Below are positions 1-8,915 of a DNA stretch of 64,000 nucleotides, one piece after another; position 1 is the stretch's first letter; every line of letters starts with the position of its first letter. Location: contig JANPPJ010000098.1 in assembly GCA_031428455.1 (NCBI GenBank), forward strand, positions 9,304 to 73,303, in the 5' to 3' direction. The position numbers were made by a program, and so were the translations under genes. This DNA comes from Hyphomicrobiales bacterium (lineage in GTDB: Bacteria > Pseudomonadota > Alphaproteobacteria > Rhizobiales > Beijerinckiaceae). A model generated the notes under the pieces. That model did not search any database, was not told the DNA's origin, and was given only the letters and a program-made list of their open reading frames with translations.

Positions 1-1
1 C

Positions 2-355
2 TGGCCGATCTGGATCGGCGCTGTCGTTGGGGCGGGTCTGGGCGACTGGGTCTCTTACTGGCTGGGCCTGCATTATCATGAGCAGATCGCGCGCATGTGG
101 CCCATACGCAAACATCCCACACTCGTGCCGCGCGCCCGGACGTTTTTTGAAAAGTGGGGCGCGCTCGGCGTTTTCGGCGGTCGATTCAGCGGCCCCCTGC
201 GGGCCGTTATGCCGCTGGTCGCCGGGGCTTGCGAGATGCCTCGCATACCGTTCCAGATCGCCAACTGGACCTCGGCGATTCTTTGGGCGTCCTTGACGCT
301 AGGCCCCGGCGCCGTGGGCGCCGAGATGCTCGCGAGACAATTCGGCTGGTCCTGA
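2..355 (+). CDS. DedA family membrane protein, 5' end outside window
   Basis: Frame 2 is open from the window edge (WPIWIGAVVGAGLGDWVSYWLGLHYHEQIARMWPIRKHP...FFEKWGALGVFGGRFSGPLRAVMPLVAG...). This resembles the conserved C-terminal half of DedA/SNARE-associated proteins. Stop at 353-355. Confidence 0.6.
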   Translation, partial: WPIWIGAVVGAGLGDWVSYWLGLHYHEQIARMWPIRKHPTLVPRARTFFEKWGALGVFGGRFSGPLRAVMPLVAGACEMPRIPFQIANWTSAILWASLTLGPGAVGAEMLARQFGWS

Positions 356-362
356 AAACTCC

Positions 363-683
363 CTAGCGCAAGAAGAACCCGCGCAGTAGCCAGCCCCACA
401 AGATGATGCACGCGAGCGGCACGCCCCAGCCCAGCCACATCGGCAAATTGCGCGTTTTCGTGAAGGGCAGGGCGGCGAGGCTGGCGACGAGCGCGGCGAC
501 AAAGCCCGTCGCGAGGGCGCCGTACCAGTGCATCACCGGGCCGCCTCTGGAGGCCTGCTGGCCCCAGCCAAATTCGCCCGTGCGCGGATGGTAGCTGAAT
601 AGCTCCCAATGCCATTCAAAGGCGATGGTGTAGGCGATGGCGAAGACAGCCGCGAAGAGGCCGAAAACTTTCGTGACGCTCAT
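363..683 (-). CDS. small polytopic membrane protein, family not recognised
   Basis: ORF 363..770 trimmed to the internal ATG (MSVTKVFGLFAAVFAIAY...). That ATG overlaps the stop of the upstream ORF (ATGA at 680-683), which suggests translational coupling. Three hydrophobic segments. Confidence 0.5.
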   Translation of the reverse strand: MSVTKVFGLFAAVFAIAYTIAFEWHWELFSYHPRTGEFGWGQQASRGGPVMHWYGALATGFVAALVASLAALPFTKTRNLPMWLGWGVPLACIILWGWLLRGFFLR

Positions 684-1144
684 TGCCCGAAAAGCCCCCG
701 CACGTTGTTGACGATGTGCCCGGCGACAAAGGAATACCAGACGATGACGCACAGAATGGCGGTCGTCCATTTGCGCGCGCTGGCCGTCGCCTGTTCCTTT
801 GGGTCACGCCAGACGAGCCAGAAAAACGGCAGCATGGCGAGGCCGATGGCGAGCGCCTGCTCCTTGTATTCAAACAGGCCGCTGATGTGCCACAGCCGCG
901 CCCTCTCAATCCAGGTGCGCACCGCGATGCGGTAAGGCGGATAGATGACTGCTCCCAGCACGAAGGTCATGACATAGAAGGCGATGTTCGCGTTTGTGAA
1001 CCGCGCTGCCGACACAGCGCGGTATGCGCTGGTGAAGCCGCCTGCCGCCCGCGCTGGCCACAGGATTGCAAATGCCTGATGGGTGAGCCCTCCCAGCAGC
1101 GCAACGGCCATAAGCCCATGCATGATGAGCAGAAAAGTCGTCAA
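680..1144 (-). CDS. polytopic membrane protein, family not recognised
   Basis: 154-aa ORF with 4-5 hydrophobic helices (MTTFLLIMHGLMAVALLGG, FYVMTFVLGAVIY, IGLAMLPFFWLVW, AILCVIVWYSFVAGH). Host-like codon usage. Confidence 0.55.
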   Translation of the reverse strand: MTTFLLIMHGLMAVALLGGLTHQAFAILWPARAAGGFTSAYRAVSAARFTNANIAFYVMTFVLGAVIYPPYRIAVRTWIERARLWHISGLFEYKEQALAIGLAMLPFFWLVWRDPKEQATASARKWTTAILCVIVWYSFVAGHIVNNVRGLFGQ

Positions 1145-1290
1145 TACATCCTCCCGGTCACGTTGGCTTTGGCCGTCTGTGACGCCAGTCGCGCCTTGAC
1201 CATAGTTTCCTTTGCGCAGAAAGCCAGCGCAAGGCCGCCCCTGTTCGATTGCGCGTATATCAACTATGATTAATACCGGAGGAGTAGATC

Positions 1291-1692
1291 ATGCCGGCAC
1301 GTCTCGCCCTCGCCATCGCCGTTGCGCTGTCTGTTTCCTGCGCGCTCATCACGCTGCAGGCGCGCGCAGGCGGGGCTGATCTTGAAGCCATCATGGGCGA
1401 CACGGAAAATGGCGCGCCGTTTTTTGGCGAAGCGGTGGACGTTAAAGGCCTGAAGCCCATTGAGGGCGTGCGCATTCGCGCGCAATTGAAGGGCAAGCCA
1501 TTGCCTGTGTTTGTCGACACGAACGATCAGGGCCGTTTCAGCCTGCGCGGCTTTGGCAAGGGCATCGATCCAGCGGATGTGGACGTGAAGTGCGAGATGA
1601 CTGGCTACAAGCTGATCGATATGTCGCGCCGCCGCGTGTCGAAAGCGTCTGACGCTGCAACGGAGATCGAGTGTCTCTTCGAAAAGCCATAA
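1291..1692 (+). CDS. secreted protein with carboxypeptidase-regulatory-like (Ig-like) domain
   Basis: ATG preceded by GGAGGAG. Signal peptide MPARLALAIAVALSVSCALITLQARA. The stretch GVRIRAQLKGKPLPVFVDTNDQGRFSLRGF is typical of CarboxypepD_reg-like folds. Confidence 0.5.
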   Translation: MPARLALAIAVALSVSCALITLQARAGGADLEAIMGDTENGAPFFGEAVDVKGLKPIEGVRIRAQLKGKPLPVFVDTNDQGRFSLRGFGKGIDPADVDVKCEMTGYKLIDMSRRRVSKASDAATEIECLFEKP

Positions 1693-3329
1693 GTGCGTTT
1701 GCGCCTGCGCTGGCGGCCTTTTTGGCGAACGCGCTGCCCGTGTGCGCCCAGCACGCGGACACAGTCATCTTCAACGCCAACGTCATAACGCTGGATCGGA
1801 GCCGGCCAAACGCGAGCGCGCTTGCCATCATTGGTGACAAGATTGCCAGCGTCTTCGACGACGCCCCGCCAGACGCATTGACGGGGCCAGCAACGCGCCG
1901 CATCGACGGGCAGGGCCGAACAATCATTCCCGGCCTCATCGACTCGCATGTTCACGCCATTCGGGCCGGTCTCACATTTGATGATGAAGTCAGCTTTGAA
2001 GGCGCACGCACGCTTGCAGATGCGATGGCGCGCCTGCGCGACAGGGCCGCACGCGCACAGCCCAATCAGTGGATCGTCGTTGCTGGCGGATGGACGCCGC
2101 AGCAATTTGTCGAAGGGCGCAGACCCACGCAAGTCGAGATCGAGGCGGCTGCGCCGGGCCACCTTGTGTATGTGCAATTGTTCTATCGCGCCGCCTTTTT
2201 GTCCGGCGCCGCGCAACGCGCATTGCGCATGAGTGCAGAAAGCTCGCCAGCGGGCGTAACGTTTGAACGCGACGAGGCGGGCGCGCTTAACGGTTGGCTG
2301 ACTGGCGATATTGACGCCATCACCGCCCTGTGGGAGCGCCTGCCAAAGCCCGGACTGGAGGCTTCAAAGGCTGGAACGCGCGCGTTCTTCTCGACGCTGA
2401 ACGCCTATGGCGTGACGGGCGTCATCGATCCGGGCGGACATAATCTGGCGCCTGCAGAATACGCCGCCGTGCGAGAATTGGCGCGGGCGCAGCAATTGAG
2501 CATGCGCGTGAATTATTTCATCAGCGCGCCCCGGCGCAGCGGCGAACTTGATTTCTTCAAGGCGTATCTCGCGCAACATCCGATTGGCGCAGGCGACGCC
2601 TACTTCCGGTTCAGCGGCATTGGCGAGCGAGTCACGTTTGGAGTGTACAATAACGACGCGCCTGCCGAGATGGACAAGGCAGACTTCGAAACAGTCGCGC
2701 GCTGGGCGCTTGCGTCAAATATTCCCCTCACCGTGCACTGGAACAGCGCGCGTTCGGCCTCTCATCTGCTTGAAGCGATTGCGCGCGTTGGCGGCGCTGA
2801 TGATCGTGCGCGCCTGCGCTGGTCCATCGCTCATCTTCACGATGCCGAACCCGACATGATGCACGCTCTGCATAACCTTGGTCTTGGATGGCTGACGCAG
2901 AATGCGATTTATTTCGCGGCCCCAGCGTTTATTCGCAACATGCCCGCCGCGCGACGAGCGGCCGCTCCGCCATTGGCAAGCGCCTTGCGCGCGGGTCTCA
3001 AGGTCGCCGCTGGTACCGACGCCACGCGCGTCATGTCACACAATCCCTTCGTCGCGATGCAATGGATGCTTGATGGGCGCACCGTCGATGGTCAGGAAAC
3101 GCGCGCGGAAGCCGAACGCCCATCCCGCGAAGACGTTCTGCGCATGTGGACGGAAGGCGGCGCGTGGTTTGCGTTTGCGGAAAATAAGCGCGGGCGCATC
3201 GCGCCAGGCATGCTTGCCGACATCGCCATGCTCGACGCCGATTACATGGGCGCGCCGGTCGAAAAGATCGGAGCGATCAAATCAGTGCTTACGATGGTCG
3301 GTGGACGTGTGGTCCACGACGCACGCTAG
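1671..3329 (+). CDS. amidohydrolase family protein (metal-dependent hydrolase, secreted)
   Basis: 552 aa, GTG start overlapping the upstream ORF by 22 nt. N-terminal signal peptide, HxH metal motif (GLIDSHVHAIRAG), and C-terminal GMLADIAMLDAD typical of Amidohydro_3 enzymes. Confidence 0.8.
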   Translation: MSLRKAISAFAPALAAFLANALPVCAQHADTVIFNANVITLDRSRPNASALAIIGDKIASVFDDAPPDALTGPATRRIDGQGRTIIPGLIDSHVHAIRAGLTFDDEVSFEGARTLADAMARLRDRAARAQPNQWIVVAGGWTPQQFVEGRRPTQVEIEAAAPGHLVYVQLFYRAAFLSGAAQRALRMSAESSPAGVTFERDEAGALNGWLTGDIDAITALWERLPKPGLEASKAGTRAFFSTLNAYGVTGVIDPGGHNLAPAEYAAVRELARAQQLSMRVNYFISAPRRSGELDFFKAYLAQHPIGAGDAYFRFSGIGERVTFGVYNNDAPAEMDKADFETVARWALASNIPLTVHWNSARSASHLLEAIARVGGADDRARLRWSIAHLHDAEPDMMHALHNLGLGWLTQNAIYFAAPAFIRNMPAARRAAAPPLASALRAGLKVAAGTDATRVMSHNPFVAMQWMLDGRTVDGQETRAEAERPSREDVLRMWTEGGAWFAFAENKRGRIAPGMLADIAMLDADYMGAPVEKIGAIKSVLTMVGGRVVHDAR

Positions 3330-3349
3330 GTGAATAAGCGTGCGCTCTT

Positions 3350-3373
3350 CCCTCTCCCCGCAAGGGGAGAGGG
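3350..3373. repeat. GC-rich REP-type hairpin between convergent genes
   Basis: CCCTCTCCCC-GCAA-GGGGAGAGGG: perfect 10-bp stem with a GNRA-type loop. Same hairpin type as hairpin 3 of the composite repeat at 46.9-47.2 kb. No T-run. Confidence 0.6.
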
Positions 3374-3594
3374 GCGCCAGCGATCAGCAACTCACTCTGG
3401 GTCTTGGTTAGCGCGTTACTTAAGAAGTCTCACTTGGCCAGCGGATTGGGACGCAGCTGGAAGTGCGCGGCGAGCGGCTTCGCGCCCTTGCCGCCTTCGA
3501 TGAGCCATGGCGTGCGGTCGCCATTGGCGGCCCACAATCCACGGCCTTTCCAGCCGGCGCTCGCATCGTCGATGCGACCGTCAAAGCCCTTGGC

Positions 3595-5571
3595 CTAGAA
3601 GCCCATGGGGTAGGGCACACGCAGGGTTATTGGCTTGCCGTCCTTGAAGGCGATCAACCCGTCGTTGAGGTTGCCCGTCGACATGGGAATGTTTTCGCCC
3701 AGCCCGAATGTATTGTGATGATCGACCCATGTGTAATAGCTCGATTCAGCGCTGTTATCGCCGAGCCCGTCGAAGCCCGGGCCGGGATATTTGATGAACG
3801 TCCAGCCCTCGGGGCAATGGTTGCCGGTGGCCTTCGGACCATTCAGCGGACCTTTGCACTTCGTGCGATCAAACGCGCCGATGTGGCCGCTGGCGAGCGA
3901 CACCCATGCGACGCCGTTCTTGTCGATGTCGCCGCCGCGCACGCCAAAGCCTGGCATGGGGACGTTGTAGATTTCAGCAAGCGCGGTTTCTGATGGATTG
4001 TCGCCGGGAACGACGCGCACAACGGAGCCGGGATTGGCGCGGATCGAGCCCCAGATCGAGCCGTCGGTGGGATGCGGCATGATGGCGTAGAAGGCCGCCT
4101 GAATACGGCGATCTTTGCCCTCTTCCTGCGGCTGGCCGATTTCGGTGTAAGCGTCGCGCTTGCCGTTGCCGTTGGTGTCGAGAACGATGGGCGTCCAGCC
4201 CTGCGCCTTCTGGATGTCGCCGGTCTCATCCCAGACCCGCGTGTTGACGTATCCGAGCACAGGCCCGCCGCCTGACAGCCACAAAGTATTGTCCTTGTCG
4301 TAGCCAAATTGCGGATGATGCGCGCCAAAACACGTCTGCAACGCGACGTATTTCTGCGTCTTGGGGTCGAACATCGTCACGCGCCGATTGGCGCGATCGA
4401 GCGGCACAACTTTCGCCGAAGGATGATCCGAGCCCTTCTTGCAGAAGTCAGGATTTTGCGGCGCATGGCCCGTGGCGGCCATCCACAAGCGGCCCTTGTC
4501 GTCGAACATGGCGTTGTGGTTGTTGGCCTTCGAGTTCCAAAGCCGTTCCTCGCCCCAATAGGCCGAGGGCATCAAATTGTCCTTGCTCGCGGCATGGCCG
4601 GGGCCGAGCGCTTCGGGCGTGTCGGGCGCAACAGGCATGCGGAACTTTGTCGCCGTATTTTTGACCACGTCGAGGATCGGCATGTCGTCGGATGAATACT
4701 CCGGCGATCCGTAAAGCGGACCGTAGGCGTTGACTGTCGGATTGCGCCTGTCGCTTGCGATCAGGTCGTGGAGATAATGCTTTTCATCCATCCAGTCGCG
4801 CAGCGTCACGACGATGTTGCGCTCTTCGCCTTGCGGGCGGGTGGGCTTGCTTTTCGGCAGTTCGCCTTTCGCAACGCGCTCCGTCCAGTCCCCAAAATAC
4901 TTGATTGGCACGGAGTTGAGCTGTCCCGCGATGATGTTGACCATCGATTCGCCGGACTGCCCCGACTGGATGCGGCGCAGCCAGCCCTCTTCGTGACTGG
5001 CGAAAGCGCCGAACGCCGTCGGGATCGTGCGCGTCGAAAGCTGGCCCAGCTGGTGGCAACCCACGCAGCCGTTGTTCTTCATCAGGTTGAGCCAGTCGGT
5101 CTGCGTGATTTTTTCCGGAATGTCGCTCTTGCCGCCAAACTGGTCGGCGCCCGGGATTTTCATCATCGCGTACCAGTATATGGCCGGATAGTAATGTGCG
5201 GCCGCCGCCTCGCTGGGCGCCACTTTCGCCGCCAGGTCAAGGGTTTTGCCGGGCTCGGATTTTACCTTGTCGGAATCCACAAGGCCATAGCCGCGCACCC
5301 AGACGTCGTAGTTCGCCTTCGGCAGGTCGGGCACCACGAACCGGCCTTGATCGTCCGTCACCACAATGCGGATGAAGCGCACGGGCAGGTCGCGCGTTTC
5401 CGCGATCACCCATACGCCAGCTTCGGGACCGTTGGGGCCGCGCACCACGCCGCCAATATCATCAGTATCAATAGCGGGGGCCTGTTGGGCCTGAGCGCTC
5501 ATGGCTGTCGCGAGCGCGATGAGCGATGCCGCAGCCAGCGCAAGGCGCGCCTGGCGAATCTTGCTCTTCAT
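3595..5571 (-). CDS. secreted protein: CarboxypepD_reg-like domain, single c-type haem motif, large C-terminal domain
   Basis: 658 aa. Signal peptide ending AMSAQAQQ. GVWVIAETRDLPVRFIRIVVTDDQGRFVVPDLP is an Ig-like regulatory fold. CVGCH at 5053-5067. Long Gly/Trp/Asp-rich C-terminal region, possibly a beta-propeller. Confidence 0.7.
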   Translation of the reverse strand: MKSKIRQARLALAAASLIALATAMSAQAQQAPAIDTDDIGGVVRGPNGPEAGVWVIAETRDLPVRFIRIVVTDDQGRFVVPDLPKANYDVWVRGYGLVDSDKVKSEPGKTLDLAAKVAPSEAAAAHYYPAIYWYAMMKIPGADQFGGKSDIPEKITQTDWLNLMKNNGCVGCHQLGQLSTRTIPTAFGAFASHEEGWLRRIQSGQSGESMVNIIAGQLNSVPIKYFGDWTERVAKGELPKSKPTRPQGEERNIVVTLRDWMDEKHYLHDLIASDRRNPTVNAYGPLYGSPEYSSDDMPILDVVKNTATKFRMPVAPDTPEALGPGHAASKDNLMPSAYWGEERLWNSKANNHNAMFDDKGRLWMAATGHAPQNPDFCKKGSDHPSAKVVPLDRANRRVTMFDPKTQKYVALQTCFGAHHPQFGYDKDNTLWLSGGGPVLGYVNTRVWDETGDIQKAQGWTPIVLDTNGNGKRDAYTEIGQPQEEGKDRRIQAAFYAIMPHPTDGSIWGSIRANPGSVVRVVPGDNPSETALAEIYNVPMPGFGVRGGDIDKNGVAWVSLASGHIGAFDRTKCKGPLNGPKATGNHCPEGWTFIKYPGPGFDGLGDNSAESSYYTWVDHHNTFGLGENIPMSTGNLNDGLIAFKDGKPITLRVPYPMGF

Positions 5572-5832
5572 GATTGTGCCTCTCCCTGAAGACCGCTGTG
5601 GCGCGATTCACTTGAAAGACTATCGCAGGAAAATCTGTCCGTACAGAGCCGGGTGAAGCTTTACGGTGGCCGGTTCGGCAAGACTGGCGGGCCTTTGGCG
5701 ACGGCGCCTTGGGTAGGGCGTTTGGACGCCTTGGCCTTTTCGCAAAATGACCTACCTCAATGCCTGCCTGCACGGACCAGCGTACCTGAGACCATCTGCC
5801 TCTCGCGCCTCGACGTCAGAATGGATATGTGA

Positions 5833-5849
5833 TTTATGAAAGTTCTAAA
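5833..5849 (+). promoter_or_regulatory. candidate Irr-binding iron control element (ICE) upstream of hemA
   Basis: TTTATGAAAGTTCTAAA matches the Bradyrhizobium ICE consensus TTTAGAA-N3-TTCTAAA at 12 of 14 specified positions, with a perfect right half. It lies 80 nt upstream of the hemA ATG. Confidence 0.45.
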
Positions 5850-5928
5850 CAGGCCGCGTACATCCCGACTGTACCGGTCCCGGGCGGCCCCGATAGCCAC
5901 CCCCGGCGCAGGCGAGAGCGGCTCGAAG

Positions 5929-7206
5929 ATGGAATACAGGCGGTATTTCGGCCAGGCGGTTGAGCGCCTTCGTGATGAGCGTCGATACCGTGTTTTCGCG
6001 GATCTCGAGCGCGACGCCTCGCGTTTTCCTGTCGCCACATGGCGACCAGACGGCATCAACGACGCTGCGGCGAGCGCGCGTGACGTCGTCATCTGGTGCT
6101 CCAACGATTATCTGGCGATGGGCCAGCACCCGGACGTTATCGCCGCGATGACGCAGGCCGCGCAAAAGCATGGCGCGGGCGCGGGCGGCACGCGCAACAT
6201 CTCTGGCACCACGCATCCCCTCGTCCGGCTGGAAGCTGAACTCGCAGATCTTCATGGCAAGCAGGCGGCTCTGGCCTTCACATCGGGCTGGGTTTCCAAC
6301 CTTGCCGCGATCTCGACCATCGCGCAGCTTCTGCCCAATTGCCTCATCATCTCCGACGCGCTGAACCACAATTCGATGATTGAGGGCGTACGTCGCTCAG
6401 GCGCAGAGAAGACTGTTTTCCGGCACAACGACATGGATCATCTGGAACAGGCGCTGAAGGCGGCAGGGCGCGAGCGCGCCAAGCTGATCGTCTTTGAGAG
6501 CCTCTACTCCATGGATGGCGACATCGCCCCCGTCGGGCGGATCGTCGATCTGGCCGAGCATTATGGCGCCATGACCTATGTCGACGAGGTCCACGCGGTT
6601 GGCATGTATGGCCCGCGCGGCGGCGGCATTTGCGAACGCGATGGCGTGATGGACCGCATCGACGTGATCGAGGGCACGCTGGCGAAGGGCTTTGGCACGC
6701 TGGGCGGATACATCGCCGCTGACGATGTCATTGTGGACGCGGTGCGCAGCTATGCGCCATCGTTTATCTTCACGACAGCGCTGCCTCCATCCGTGGCTGC
6801 AGCGGCGCACGCTGCCGTTTGCCGCCTCAAGAATTCCAGCGCTGAACGAGAATTGCAGCAAAGACAGGTCGCACGCACCAAGGTGGCGCTGGAAGCAGCG
6901 AACATCCCTGTCATGCCAAACCCGTCGCACATCGTGCCGGTGTTCGTCGGCGATGCAGAATTGTGCAAGACCGCGAGCGACATGCTGCTGGAGCGCCACA
7001 GCATCTACATCCAGCCGATCAATTATCCCACAGTGGCGCGCGGCTCCGAGCGTCTGCGGATCACGCCCACGCCCGCTCACACCGACGCGCACATCGTCGC
7101 TTTGGTGGAGGCCATGTCGGACGTATGGCATCGTTTGGGTCTGCCCCGGCAGGCGCCTCGCACAGCGACGGTTCAGGGGCAGTACAAGGCCGTCGCGGCA
7201 GAGTAA
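5929..7206 (+). CDS. hemA: 5-aminolevulinate synthase
   Basis: [28 protein letters not shown]... is collinear with alphaproteobacterial ALAS as I remember it (B. japonicum HemA starts [28 protein letters not shown]). The PLP-enzyme core is present. 425 aa from the internal ATG; the upstream ATG at 5836 adds a non-conserved Arg/Pro-rich extension. Confidence 0.95.
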   Translation: MEYRRYFGQAVERLRDERRYRVFADLERDASRFPVATWRPDGINDAAASARDVVIWCSNDYLAMGQHPDVIAAMTQAAQKHGAGAGGTRNISGTTHPLVRLEAELADLHGKQAALAFTSGWVSNLAAISTIAQLLPNCLIISDALNHNSMIEGVRRSGAEKTVFRHNDMDHLEQALKAAGRERAKLIVFESLYSMDGDIAPVGRIVDLAEHYGAMTYVDEVHAVGMYGPRGGGICERDGVMDRIDVIEGTLAKGFGTLGGYIAADDVIVDAVRSYAPSFIFTTALPPSVAAAAHAAVCRLKNSSAERELQQRQVARTKVALEAANIPVMPNPSHIVPVFVGDAELCKTASDMLLERHSIYIQPINYPTVARGSERLRITPTPAHTDAHIVALVEAMSDVWHRLGLPRQAPRTATVQGQYKAVAAE

Positions 7207-7216
7207 TTGCTGCGCC

Positions 7217-8278
7217 TCATTCCTTCTTCGGCATCAGCCACGTCTGCACGATCACCGGCATCGCAATGTTCAGCAGCAGGAAGCGCGCAAGGTGATGCAC
7301 GCCGACATAAAGCGCGTCGAAACCAAGCGCGAAGGCGAGCATGGTCATGGCTTCGAGCGCGCCGGGCGCAAAGCCCACCATCGCCGCGCCGAAGGACACG
7401 CCCAGCAGGCTTGACGCAAGAAACGCGAAGGCCGCCGACGTGGCGAGCCCTACCCCGATCGAGCCCGCCGCCGCGCCCAGAATGCCCGGCAGCCGCGTCC
7501 AGTCAAAACCCACAAAGCGCGAGCCGGTCCAGCAACCAATTAGCACCTGACCGAACAATGCGACCGGCGCAGGCGCCCGTCCCGGCGCAATGCCTGTGCC
7601 GTGGAACACAGCCGAAACAATCATCGCGCCAAAGAAAATCCCGCCCGCAAGCTTGAACCGCTCCATCAGCAGCCCGCCAGCGGCGCCAAGTGCAAGCATC
7701 ACGCCCACCAGCCAGTAGGGGTCGAGCACGGGCGGGGGACCGGACACGATGGGCGGACCGAACTCCACGACGAGGATCGGTAAAACCGCCATCAAAACCA
7801 GGACGCGAAACATCTGCACCACGACGATGCGGGGCACATCCCCGCCCACCGCAGGCGAAACGGCAAGAATATAAGCGAAGGCGCCCGGACTGGAGGCGAG
7901 AAAGGCGGTCGATTTCGACCAACCGGCGACAAACATCAAAAACGCCATTCCCGCCAGCGTCGTCGCCGCAATGCTGACGCTCATGATGAGCAGGCTCGCG
8001 GGGTACGTGACCACGCCGCGCAGCGTTTCCGGATTGACCGCGGCTCCAATGGTGACGCCAGAAGCGATCATCGCCGCTACGCGCAAGCCCCCTTCGATGC
8101 GATGGGCGAGGCCAAACACCGTCAAGAGGGTGACGGCGACCATGGCGCCCGAAATGGCGCCGCCTGGAATACCGAGCCAAAGAAAAGCCGCCGAGCCGAC
8201 GCAGCCGAACGCGACGGTCTGTAACTGCCGCAGAATGGGCGGTTTGCGAAAAGCTTGAGAGGGAGTGGGAGTTGCCAT
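7217..8278 (-). CDS. AbrB-duplication family membrane protein (putative ammonia-monooxygenase-like family)
   Basis: About 10 hydrophobic helices with internal duplication. The N terminus ...ILRQLQTVAFGCVGSAAFLWLGIPGGAISGAMVAV is typical of this family. Start is uncertain (8278 ATG vs 8311). Confidence 0.7.
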   Translation of the reverse strand: MATPTPSQAFRKPPILRQLQTVAFGCVGSAAFLWLGIPGGAISGAMVAVTLLTVFGLAHRIEGGLRVAAMIASGVTIGAAVNPETLRGVVTYPASLLIMSVSIAATTLAGMAFLMFVAGWSKSTAFLASSPGAFAYILAVSPAVGGDVPRIVVVQMFRVLVLMAVLPILVVEFGPPIVSGPPPVLDPYWLVGVMLALGAAGGLLMERFKLAGGIFFGAMIVSAVFHGTGIAPGRAPAPVALFGQVLIGCWTGSRFVGFDWTRLPGILGAAAGSIGVGLATSAAFAFLASSLLGVSFGAAMVGFAPGALEAMTMLAFALGFDALYVGVHHLARFLLLNIAMPVIVQTWLMPKKE

Positions 8279-8347
8279 GACCTTGCGAGCGCCAAGCAAG
8301 GCGCACGCCATAAATCACGCTGATCCCATCCCCTGCAAGCGTGGCGG

Positions 8348-8764
8348 CTACTTCTTGGCCAGAAGGTCGCGGATTTCCTCAAGCAGCACTTCATCGCGCG
8401 GCGGGGCCGCCGGAACCGCATGAGCCGCCGCTTCGCTGCGTCGCAGGTGGTTGATGGCGCGAATGATGAGGAAGAGCACGAACGCGATGATGACGAAATT
8501 GACCGCAATCGTCAGAAAGTTGCCAAAGGCGAGCACGGCGCCCTGCTTCTTGGCGTCTGCGAGGGACGTGGCGTTAACAGCGGACGACAGACCCAGGAAA
8601 TAATTTGAAAAATCGAGGCCGCCTGCGATCGCGCCGATGACCGGCATGATGATATCGGCGACGAGCGAATCAACGATCTTGCTGAAAGCCGCGCCTATGA
8701 TCACGCCAATCGCGAGATCCACGACGTTGCCACGCATGGCGAATTCTTTGAATTCCTTAAGCAT
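8348..8764 (-). CDS. mscL: large-conductance mechanosensitive channel
   Basis: [44 protein letters not shown] is the canonical MscL N terminus. 138 aa from the internal ATG. Confidence 0.95.
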   Translation of the reverse strand: MLKEFKEFAMRGNVVDLAIGVIIGAAFSKIVDSLVADIIMPVIGAIAGGLDFSNYFLGLSSAVNATSLADAKKQGAVLAFGNFLTIAVNFVIIAFVLFLIIRAINHLRRSEAAAHAVPAAPPRDEVLLEEIRDLLAKK

Positions 8765-8915
8765 TATGCCCTCCTGCAGCAAAGGGGGGCAAAAGAGCCC
8801 CCGCGGGGAGGCTATCTTAGCGTCAACTTCGCTTTATGAAACGCCTGCCCTGCTTGTCCTTGCGCGTGCTATAGAAGCGTCAACTGCCCGGAGTACGCCA
8901 AGGGATGAGTGCGTC

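Noticed and set aside
5836-5928. Upstream ATG ([10 protein letters not shown]…) as the hemA start
   Set aside because: The 31-aa extension is Arg/Pro-rich and not ALAS-like. Homology to ALAS begins at MEYRRYF (5929). The upstream ATG lies inside the ICE-like box.
8637-8915. 93-aa N-terminal extension of the sensor kinase ORF
   Set aside because: It overlaps mscL in antisense. The ATG at 8916 is followed immediately by the first TM helix of the SLC5-like domain.
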